From Chloroflexota bacterium (GTDB lineage: Bacteria; Chloroflexota; DTOL01; DAOUCN01), in NCBI GenBank assembly GCA_034431995.1, contig DAOUCN010000211.1, positions 1 to 14,723 of the forward strand: a stretch of DNA of 14,723 nucleotides. The letters run 5' to 3'. A program made the position numbers and the translations under genes. Of this stretch, positions 7,758 through 14,625 are shown in pieces. The notes beneath the pieces are model-generated. The model worked only from the letters and a program-made list of their open reading frames with translations. It did not search any database and was not told where the DNA came from. Positions within the stretch are counted from its first letter, which is position 1. The number at the start of each line of letters is the position of its first letter.

Positions 7758-7766
7758 CCCCTCCCT
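7758..7766 (-). promoter_or_regulatory. Shine-Dalgarno sequence (AGGGAGGGG) for the receptor kinase gene.
   Basis: The reverse complement of cccctccct is AGGGAGGGG, with 4 nt before the ATG at 7751-7753. Confidence 0.7.
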
Positions 7767-7991
7767 ATCACGATGCATCCCCGTTCGTGAGAGCGCTTGG
7801 CAGCCGACGGGGGCAGAGTCTCCGCCGGAGGCTGGAGTTAGCCTCGGCCAGCTTGATGACTGCAGCTCGCAGGCTTGCTCGGCCTGCCGTGGCGCCCGGC
7901 CAGGCAGGCCCGAGCGGCTGGCTTACGGCTGCCGGATGCAGCTCCCCATGGGAGGTGCTATGTGTCGCGAAACCCAACGCTGCCCGCCGCC

Positions 7992-10900
7992 TCACGACCC
8001 GCGACCCCCTGGCAGTATTCCCCACACCATGATCGTACCGTCAGTGGACCCCGAGGCGAGGGTTTTGCCATCGGGGGCGAAGGCCACGTAGTGCACAGTG
8101 GCTGTATGCCCGCTGAGGGTGCGCAGCTCCTTGCCGCTGGCCACGTCCCAGAGTCTCACGGTGGCGTCATACGACCCTGAGGCCAGGGTTTTGCCATCGG
8201 GGGCAAAGACCACGCTGTGCAGATAGCTCGTGTGCCCGCTGAGGGTGCGCAGTTCCTTGCCGCTGGCCACGTCCCAGAGTCGCACGGTCTTGTCATACGA
8301 CCCCGAGGCGAGGGTTCTGCCATCGGGGGCGAAGGCCACGCTGTACACATAGCTCGTGTGCCCGCTGAGGGTGCCCACCAGGCTGCCGTCGCTCACCCGC
8401 CACAGGCGCACGGCGTTGTCATGCGACCCCGAGGCCAGGGTTTGCCCATCGGGCGAGAAGCAGACGCTACACACCGCCTTCATATCGCCGCCCGCGAAGA
8501 GCTGCTCGAGAATGCCAGGCCTAACAACACGCGCGCGCCAATCCTCGGCTGCCCGCCACAATCGCACAGTATTGTCCTCCGAACCCGAGGCGAGGGTTTT
8601 GCCATCGGGGGCGAAGGCCACGCTGTGCACATAGCTCGTGTGCCCGCTGAGGGTGCGCAGCTCCTTGCCCCTGGCCACGTCCCAGAGACGCAGGGTGTAG
8701 TCGTCGGACCCTGAGGCCAGGGTTTTGCCATCGGGGGCGAAGGCCACGCTGTACACATAGCTTGTGTGTCCGCTGAGGGTGCGCAGTTCGCGGCCCGTGG
8801 CCACGTCCCAGAGACGCAGGGTCTTGTCGTCGGACCCTGAGGCCAGGGTTTTGCCATCGGGGGCGAAGGCCACGCTGTGCACATAGCTCGTGTGCCCGCT
8901 GAGGGTGCGCAGCTCGCGGCCAGTGGCCACGTCCCAGAGCCTCACGGTCCTGTCGGACGACCCTGAGGCCAGGGTTTGGCCATCGGGGGCGAAGGCCACG
9001 CTCTGCAGATAGCTCGTGTGCCCGCTGAGGGTGCGCAGTTCCTTGCCGCTGGCCACGTCCCAGAGTCGCACGGTCTCGTCGGACGACGCTGAGGCCAGGG
9101 TTCTGCCATCGGGGGAGAAGGCCACGCTGATCACATAGCTCGTGTGCCCGCTGAGGGTGCGCAGCTCCTTGCCGCTGGCCGCGTCCCAGAGTCTCACCGT
9201 GTTGTCATGCGACGCGGAGGCCAGGGTTTTGCCATCGGGGGCGAAGGCGACACTGAACACACCGCCAGTGTGCTTCTTGAAGACATGCACTTCCTTCCCG
9301 CTGGCCGTTTCCCACAACCGGACTGTCTTATCATCTGCACCTGAGGCCAGGAGCCGCCCATCAGGGGAGAAAGCCACGCTCGTCAGTGCTGCCGGTGCCC
9401 AGATAAGAGTCACTTCTGTCATGGTCTGGGCATCGTAGACGCAGAGGCAGCCAGACTCGCAAGCAACGGCCAGCCATCGGCCGTCGGCCGACCACGTCAC
9501 TTGCTTGGGCGTGCCCTTGCCCAACCGTGCTATTGGCCCAACGTCAGCCCCGTTGTCTGGCACGATAATCGGGAGCAGCGATCGGCCCTTGGTCAGAATG
9601 CTTAGCTTCAATGGCGTCAAGCGAGGATCTCCGGGAGCCGCGCGCTCCAGTCTCCTCAACTCGGCCAGGGCTGCTGCGACATCGGCATCCAGCAAGGACG
9701 TCACTTTCGCATACTGGTGCTCCCTGGCTTGCTGCAGCTCTCGTTCTGCCGCCTGAGCCTCTTGGCGTAGGTCATGTAGCCCTGGATAGTCCCTCTGCAC
9801 CGTCTCTATCTCTGCCAGCAGTGTCAGGGCGAGACCGGGAAGTGTTCTCGCTACTGCCTTGGCCTGGGCAAATCGCTCTGCGAGGCGTCGTTGTTGTTCG
9901 GCCTGAGCCTTGTGGAGGAGGTCGCGTAGCCCTGGATAATCTTCCCGCTCTTTCCGAATTTGCGCTGCTATCTCTAGTGCCCGCGCCGGCTTGTTCTCTA
10001 CTACTTTCTCTGCCTCGGCAAAGAGGCCGGCCAAGCGCTGTTCGCGCTCTGCGGCCTGGGCCTGCTGCCGAAGCTCCGCGAGTCCCGGATAGTCGGCCTG
10101 TTCCTTCTCGATTTCCGCCAGCGCCTTCAGCGCCTCTGTTGGTTGATTGTCCAGTGCTTTCTCCGCCCGGGCAAACAGCGCGGCCAAGCGCTGTTCTCGC
10201 TCTGCGGCCTGGGCCTGCTGCCGAAGCTCCGCGAGTCCCGGATAGTCGGCCTGTTCCTTCTGGATGTCCGCCAGAGCCTTCAGCGCCTCAGTTGGTTGTG
10301 TGTGCAATGCCTGCTCCGCCTGGGCAAAGAGTGTCGCCAGGCGCCGCTCGCGTTCCCGCAGAGCCGCCTCGGCTTGCTGGCGGAGGTCCTGCAACCCCAC
10401 GTAATCCGCCTGCTCCCGCTCTATCTGCGCCAGTAGCTCCAGCGCGCGGGGTGGGTCGGTCTTTGCTGCGCGGGCGGCCTCACCGAACAGCTGCTTGAGG
10501 CGCTGCTCCCGGGCAGCTTGGGCCTTCTTCTGCGCGGCCTCGGCCTTTTGCCGCAGTTCTGCAAGCGCCGGGTAGTCCGGTTGCTCCTGTTCTATCTGCA
10601 TCACCAGCTCGAGTGCGCCACTCGGGTTATCCTGCACCAATCGCTCTGCCTCGACGAAGACTCTGGCCAGGCGGCGGTCACGCTCCCGTAGGGCTGAAAG
10701 GGCCTGCTGGCGTAGCTCCTGCAGCCCCGGATACGCCGGCTCCTCTTTCTCCAGCTCGGAGAGCGCCTGCAGCGTTTGAGCCGGTTTTCCCTCCACCGCT
10801 GCCTTTGCTTCGGCAAACATGCCAGCCAACCTCCGTTCTCGTTCTGCCGCCTGGGCCTGCTGCCGAAGCTCTGACAGGCCAGGATAGTCTCCCTGCTCCT

Positions 10901-12539
10901 TCTCGATTTCCGCCAGCACTGCCAGAGCTCGTGCCGGCTCCTTGCTGACTGCCTTCTCAGCCTCTGCGAACAAGGCCGCTAAGCGCTGGCTTAGAGCTTG
11001 TAGTGCCGTGTGGGCCCGCTGGCCAAGATCCAAGAGCCCCGCATAGTCCGTCTGCTCCTCCTGAATCTTGGCCACTAGCTCCAGGGCTCGTTTTGGGCTG
11101 GTTTGCACCGCCTGCTGCGCCTCGGCAAAGAGTCTCGCCAGGCGGCGCTCGCGTTCCCGTAGAGCCGCCTGGGCTTGATGGCGCAGGTCCTGCAACCCCA
11201 CGTAGTCCGGCTGCTCCCTCTCTATCTGCGCCAGTAGCTCCAACGCGCGCTCTGGTGCCTTCTCCACTGCTTTCTTCGCCTCGGCAAACCGCTGAGCAAG
11301 GTGGCGGTCTCGCTCCGCCACAGCCCGCTGTCGCAGGTCCTGTAGCCCGGGGTAGTCCTCTTGTTCTCTATGAATCTGCGCCAGGACTTCCAGCGCCCGT
11401 ATCGGGTCAGACTTGACTGCCAGCTCCGCATCGGCAAATAGCCTTGCCAGGCGTCGCTCTGTCTCCAATACCATTTCTGGAGTGAGGCGAGTTGGCTCGC
11501 TCTTCATTGTACGATCGGTCTGCGCCACTGCACTGACCGGCTGCTGCCCTTGTGGTTGCCCTCGCCCTTTTGCTTTCGGTCGCCGTGTGACACCCACCTG
11601 CCCGTGTGTTTGTGTGGTTGGCATGTGCAGCCTATCCGCCTCTTCCTGCTGTCTTGCTCCTGAACGGGCTATCTCCTTGCCACCGCCGCCCCGCACCTGC
11701 TCTTGGACCGCATTCGCTTCCTCTGGCAGGGTCATGAAAGCGTCCAGGACCTGGGCCAGCTCTTTCCCACTTTGTGGCCGCTGCGCTGGATCCTTGGCCA
11801 GCACCCGCGCAACCGCTGCCGCCAGTGGAGCGGGCACATCGGGCCGCACACTGTCCAGCGGTGGCGGCACTTCCGTCAGGTGCTTGCGCATCACGCCGGC
11901 TGGCGTCTTGCCAGGAAAGAGGGTGTGCCCCGCCAGCATCTCCCACAGGATCACGCCCACGGCGTAGACATCGCTGGCGGGGGTGGCCTCGGCTTCTTCC
12001 CAGATCTCCGGGGCGATGTAGCCGGGCGTGCCCACCATGCCGCCGGAGCCGGTGAGGCTGGCCCAGGCCAGGGCCTTGACCAACCCGAAGTCGGTGAGCA
12101 CCGCCCGGTCCTCATCGTCCACGATGATGTTCTGGGGCTTCACGTCCCGGTGCAGGAAGTCCCGTTGGTGGGCATAGCCCAGGGCCTCGGCCACTTGGCG
12201 GGCAATGCTCACCGCCCGTTCCACAGGCAAGGGGCCCTCAGCGATCATCTTATCCAGGCTGCGGCCGGGCAGGAACGTCATGTCAATGTAGGGCTGCCCC
12301 TGCTCTTCGCCCACCTTGTTGATGTGGACGATATTTGGGTGCTCCAGGTTGGCAGCCGCCTGCGCCTCGCGGACGAAGCGCTCCTGGGCTGCGGGATTGC
12401 TGAGCAAGCCCGCGTGCATGATCTTGAGCGCCACGATGCGATTTAGGGTCAGGTCACGAGCCTTGTACACCGTGGCGAAGGACCCGCTGTCAACCTTCTC
12501 GATGATCTCGTAGGGGCCGAAACGCTTGGTGTCTGTCAT
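7992..12539 (-). CDS. Giant cytoplasmic Hanks Ser/Thr kinase fused to 11 copies of a ~50-aa helical (TPR-like) repeat and about 12 WD40 repeats; PkwA-like architecture.
   Basis: The ORF encodes 1515 aa. The N-terminal kinase has GSFATVYKA, IVALKIM, HRDVKPQNIIV, TDFGLVKA and GTPGYIAPE. No hydrophobic transmembrane segment is present. Eleven copies of LFAEAEKAV..P..ALE.LA.IEKEQ.DYPGL.ELRQQAQAAERE.RLA follow at nt ~9960-11510. About twelve WD40 units with LSGHTSYVHSVAFAPDGKTLASGSDDKTLRLWDVATGRELRT follow at nt ~7995-9560. The start ATG at 12537-12539 overlaps the upstream stop as ATGA. Confidence 0.9.
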   Translation of the reverse strand: MTDTKRFGPYEIIEKVDSGSFATVYKARDLTLNRIVALKIMHAGLLSNPAAQERFVREAQAAANLEHPNIVHINKVGEEQGQPYIDMTFLPGRSLDKMIAEGPLPVERAVSIARQVAEALGYAHQRDFLHRDVKPQNIIVDDEDRAVLTDFGLVKALAWASLTGSGGMVGTPGYIAPEIWEEAEATPASDVYAVGVILWEMLAGHTLFPGKTPAGVMRKHLTEVPPPLDSVRPDVPAPLAAAVARVLAKDPAQRPQSGKELAQVLDAFMTLPEEANAVQEQVRGGGGKEIARSGARQQEEADRLHMPTTQTHGQVGVTRRPKAKGRGQPQGQQPVSAVAQTDRTMKSEPTRLTPEMVLETERRLARLFADAELAVKSDPIRALEVLAQIHREQEDYPGLQDLRQRAVAERDRHLAQRFAEAKKAVEKAPERALELLAQIEREQPDYVGLQDLRHQAQAALRERERRLARLFAEAQQAVQTSPKRALELVAKIQEEQTDYAGLLDLGQRAHTALQALSQRLAALFAEAEKAVSKEPARALAVLAEIEKEQGDYPGLSELRQQAQAAERERRLAGMFAEAKAAVEGKPAQTLQALSELEKEEPAYPGLQELRQQALSALRERDRRLARVFVEAERLVQDNPSGALELVMQIEQEQPDYPALAELRQKAEAAQKKAQAAREQRLKQLFGEAARAAKTDPPRALELLAQIEREQADYVGLQDLRQQAEAALRERERRLATLFAQAEQALHTQPTEALKALADIQKEQADYPGLAELRQQAQAAEREQRLAALFARAEKALDNQPTEALKALAEIEKEQADYPGLAELRQQAQAAEREQRLAGLFAEAEKVVENKPARALEIAAQIRKEREDYPGLRDLLHKAQAEQQRRLAERFAQAKAVARTLPGLALTLLAEIETVQRDYPGLHDLRQEAQAAERELQQAREHQYAKVTSLLDADVAAALAELRRLERAAPGDPRLTPLKLSILTKGRSLLPIIVPDNGADVGPIARLGKGTPKQVTWSADGRWLAVACESGCLCVYDAQTMTEVTLIWAPAALTSVAFSPDGRLLASGADDKTVRLWETASGKEVHVFKKHTGGVFSVAFAPDGKTLASASHDNTVRLWDAASGKELRTLSGHTSYVISVAFSPDGRTLASASSDETVRLWDVASGKELRTLSGHTSYLQSVAFAPDGQTLASGSSDRTVRLWDVATGRELRTLSGHTSYVHSVAFAPDGKTLASGSDDKTLRLWDVATGRELRTLSGHTSYVYSVAFAPDGKTLASGSDDYTLRLWDVARGKELRTLSGHTSYVHSVAFAPDGKTLASGSEDNTVRLWRAAEDWRARVVRPGILEQLFAGGDMKAVCSVCFSPDGQTLASGSHDNAVRLWRVSDGSLVGTLSGHTSYVYSVAFAPDGRTLASGSYDKTVRLWDVASGKELRTLSGHTSYLHSVVFAPDGKTLASGSYDATVRLWDVASGKELRTLSGHTATVHYVAFAPDGKTLASGSTDGTIMVWGILPGGRGS
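8040..9310 (-). repeat. Near-identical 126-bp tandem DNA repeats; these are the in-frame WD40 blade units of the kinase gene.
   Basis: Blocks such as ccctgaggccagggttttgccatcgggggcgaaggccacgctgtgcacatagctcgtgtgcccgctgagggtgcgcagctccttgccgctggccacgtcccagag recur at 126-bp spacing (for example 8066 vs 8192) with only a few substitutions. Confidence 0.9.
9960..11470 (-). repeat. Tandem repeats with a period of about 150-153 bp; these are the in-frame ~50-aa helical repeats of the kinase gene.
   Basis: For example 10020-10140 and 10170-10290 are almost identical (gccaagcgctgttc.cgctctgcggcctgggcctgctgccgaagctccgcgagtcccggatagtcggcctgttccttct.gat.tccgccag...). Further copies occur at ~10840-10930, ~11140-11230 and elsewhere. 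Confidence 0.85.
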
Positions 12540-13915
12540 GCTCGCAGTCCCTCCGGCAAGGCCAGGCTGAGCACGTCATGTGCCAGACGGGCCAGTTCTG
12601 CTATATCATCCTTGCGCTGTAGCGCCAGCAGGCGCAGGTGCGCCAGGCGCGAATCCACGTTCAGGCGGGGCGAGTGGACGACCACCCGCTGCAAGTCGCT
12701 GCTAGAGAGGCGGTCAAGGCGGTAGCTCACATTGGCAGCGATGGCCACGGCATAGGGCAGGCACAAAGGGCCGAGGCGCACCTCCAGGTCCCGCAGCAGG
12801 AGATAGCCCACCACGTAGGGCAGGGGCTGGCCAAAGGCCTTCTCGACGCCGTGGTTCACTGCCTCTGGGCACTGGTGCAGGGTCAGCACGGCGGTATGAA
12901 GCTGTTCCGAGGTGGGATGCTCCTCAATGAACAGGACCTCCAGGGCGGTCCAGATGCGCAGCACGGCGTCCATTTCCTCGTGGGAGCGTGCCTGCTTCTG
13001 CAGCTCGACCAGGGGCGGCCAGACCGCGATCAGCGTATGGCGCACCAGAGGCCATGGCCGGCCCTGTTCGGCGGCCAGACAGCCCATCAAGTGATGCTCG
13101 ACCCAGGTGGCCCAGCCCTCCTCGAGCAAGAGCGATGATCCGTAGAGCACGGCATTCTTCTCGGCGAGCAGTATGCCTTCAGGTGTGTCGGCCGGTCGAA
13201 AGTCGAAACGCCGCGCCAGCTCGTAACGCCAGGCGCCCAATCGCTTCTTCTCTTCCCCTAGGGCCGTACCCTCGGTCACAAAGCCGTGTCCCATCTTCTC
13301 ATGGACGGCCGTGGCCAGGATGGCGGGGAGGACGGCCGGGTCGCGCAGAGCCGCCTCCGCGTCCGGGGCGCGGCCATGAGCGAAGAGCCAGCCGTTGAGA
13401 TAGCAGCCGCGACCGGGCAGAAACATCCCGTACCTTCCACCGCCCTTGCTCGCCTGCGCCTCCGCCTGCGCCATCATCTCCTCCAGATAGGCCATTTTTG
13501 TTGCTTCCGAGACGTCCATCATCTCCACCTGCGGCCAGAAGAACTCCTCCAGTGTTGTGCAGTAGACGGTGGGCAGGCTGAAGAGCGCCAGTCTGGGCAG
13601 ATAGCGGGCCAAATCGAACCGCTCAGCCATGACGTCATCCAGGTGGCGAAGGGCGGGATCGTGTGCGAGGGCGATGTGCGCTGAGGCAGGCGCAACCGCG
13701 CCAGCCGCCTGCTGGGGGAGGCGAGCGGCAAGGGCCGACGCGCTCCGCCTCTGATGAGCCTCAATCTGAGACTGGATGCGCGCTTCGTACTCGCTCAGCC
13801 GCTGCTCCAGGCTGGCGTCTGAGAAGGATGGCGCGCCTCGTGTGCCCAGGCGCCGTCGCATCAGGGCATCCAGACGTTCCTCGAATCGTCGTTCCATGTC
13901 TTCGAGTGTAGACAT
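12536..13915 (-). CDS. Hypothetical protein of about 460 aa, function unknown; its stop is coupled to the kinase start.
   Basis: I place the start at the ATG at 13913-15, which begins MSTLEDMERRFEE. It is preceded by the purine-rich GAGGAAAGGAGAAAA (reverse complement of 13921-13935). The ORF track's longer N-terminal extension to 14098 lacks a ribosome-binding site and overlaps the upstream gene. The protein is mainly predicted helical and contains an HEKMGHGF segment (HExxxH spacing, not the canonical HExxH). I recognise no confident homology. The stop TGA at 12536-38 overlaps the ATG of the kinase gene. Confidence 0.6.
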   Translation of the reverse strand: MSTLEDMERRFEERLDALMRRRLGTRGAPSFSDASLEQRLSEYEARIQSQIEAHQRRSASALAARLPQQAAGAVAPASAHIALAHDPALRHLDDVMAERFDLARYLPRLALFSLPTVYCTTLEEFFWPQVEMMDVSEATKMAYLEEMMAQAEAQASKGGGRYGMFLPGRGCYLNGWLFAHGRAPDAEAALRDPAVLPAILATAVHEKMGHGFVTEGTALGEEKKRLGAWRYELARRFDFRPADTPEGILLAEKNAVLYGSSLLLEEGWATWVEHHLMGCLAAEQGRPWPLVRHTLIAVWPPLVELQKQARSHEEMDAVLRIWTALEVLFIEEHPTSEQLHTAVLTLHQCPEAVNHGVEKAFGQPLPYVVGYLLLRDLEVRLGPLCLPYAVAIAANVSYRLDRLSSSDLQRVVVHSPRLNVDSRLAHLRLLALQRKDDIAELARLAHDVLSLALPEGLRA

Positions 13916-13920
13916 TCCGG

Positions 13921-13935
13921 TTTTCTCCTTTCCTC
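13921..13935 (-). promoter_or_regulatory. Purine-rich Shine-Dalgarno region (GAGGAAAGGAGAAAA) for the hypothetical gene.
   Basis: The reverse complement of ttttctcctttcctc is GAGGAAAGGAGAAAA. It lies 5 nt upstream of the ATG at 13913-13915 and supports the internal start over the longer ORF-track start. Confidence 0.6.
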
Positions 13936-13968
13936 TGGGCTCATCCCTGTCCTCTGGGCTCATCCCTG
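13931..13968. repeat. Perfect 2 x 19-bp tandem direct repeat spanning the stop codon of the zinc-ribbon gene and the leader of the next gene.
   Basis: tcctctgggctcatccctg lies at 13931-13949 and again at 13950-13968. On the minus strand this reads CAGGGATGAGCCCAGAGGA twice. The upstream copy contains the CAG GGA TGA end of the upstream gene, and the downstream copy abuts the AAGGAGAAAA ribosome-binding site. Confidence 0.9.
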
Positions 13969-14625
13969 AATGGGCTGGCCGCAAGTCGGACAATGGCGCG
14001 CGGTCGTGCCCTCTGGCAGCGCGTTGAGGCAATGGGGGCAGAGACGGGCGTGGCATGATGGGCACTGCGCCTCCCCCGGCTTCAGCGCCACACCGCACAT
14101 CGGGCAGGCACGGCCCTGCTCCTTGCTCGTATCCGCTGGGGCAATGAGGCGTCTACCGCCTGCAACCAGTGTGTCCGTGACATCGCCAGCGGGAATGCCC
14201 GGCGCCGGTGTCGCCGGCACACCTGGCCCGCCGCCCACGCTGCTGCGCACGAGCACAGAGCCTTCAATGTTGGTGGTCTGCGCTCCTGGCGCCACGTACT
14301 GCTTGGCGTTGATGATGACGACCTGGGGCCGCTGTTCCCGGGCGCGCCAGACAGCCAGGACCGGCACCGAGCTTTCGACGGTTCGCTGCGTGGTGTTGCC
14401 GGCCTCGTCCTGGTAGCTCACCTCGATATCCAGGGGTGTCGCATCCCCGGCTTTGTGGGGAGCCAGACGGAACTCCAGCATCGCCTGCTGACGGGGTGCA
14501 AGCCGACGATGCTTTCTCTCCAGATCGCCCTCGTAGTCGCCGCGAACCACCACCCTGATCTCTCTCGCGACGCCAAATCCCTCATTCTGCAGAGTGACCC
14601 GCAGCCGGTTGAATTCCCTGACCAC
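13960..14625 (-). CDS. Protein with an N-terminal beta-rich domain and a C-terminal double zinc ribbon.
   Basis: The 221-aa ORF begins at a GTG at 14623-25. The frame stays open upstream to a stop at 14689-91, but no ATG lies in between. The C-terminal 49 aa (nt ~13963-14109) carry CPMCG-x10-CPSC and CPHC-x14-CPTCG motifs. The N-terminal two-thirds alternate hydrophobic and polar residues in a beta-strand-like pattern (VTLQNEGFGVAREIRVVVRGDY..., LDIEVSYQDEAGNTTQRTV). The start codon choice is uncertain. Confidence 0.6.
   Translation of the reverse strand: MVREFNRLRVTLQNEGFGVAREIRVVVRGDYEGDLERKHRRLAPRQQAMLEFRLAPHKAGDATPLDIEVSYQDEAGNTTQRTVESSVPVLAVWRAREQRPQVVIINAKQYVAPGAQTTNIEGSVLVRSSVGGGPGVPATPAPGIPAGDVTDTLVAGGRRLIAPADTSKEQGRACPMCGVALKPGEAQCPSCHARLCPHCLNALPEGTTARHCPTCGQPIQG

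Noticed and set aside
5711-7771. The ORF-track start of the receptor kinase at 7771 (GTG).
   Set aside because: The GTG has no upstream ribosome-binding site. The ATG 18 nt downstream (7751-53) is preceded by AGGGAGGGG at ideal spacing. The six extra residues (VIGRGV) are in fact encoded by the ribosome-binding-site sequence itself.
7768-8025. An 85-aa minus-strand ORF lying partly in the inter-kinase gap.
   Set aside because: It begins inside the 3' end of the giant kinase gene in another frame. It is Arg/Ala-rich and low in complexity and has no ribosome-binding site. The gap is better explained as a non-coding leader or promoter region.
8040-11470. Regularly spaced near-identical repeats that could superficially suggest a CRISPR array or a mobile-element tandem array.
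   Set aside because: The periods (126 bp and about 150 bp) are exact multiples of 3 and lie in frame inside one 4.5-kb ORF. They encode WD40 blades and helical repeats. There are no unique spacers and no flanking cas genes.
12536-14098. The longer 520-aa version of the hypothetical gene, starting at 14098 as in the ORF track.
   Set aside because: The extra 61 N-terminal codons overlap the 3' end of the upstream zinc-ribbon gene. The region is Pro/Arg/Gly-rich and lacks a ribosome-binding site. The internal ATG at 13913-15 has a good purine-rich Shine-Dalgarno sequence.
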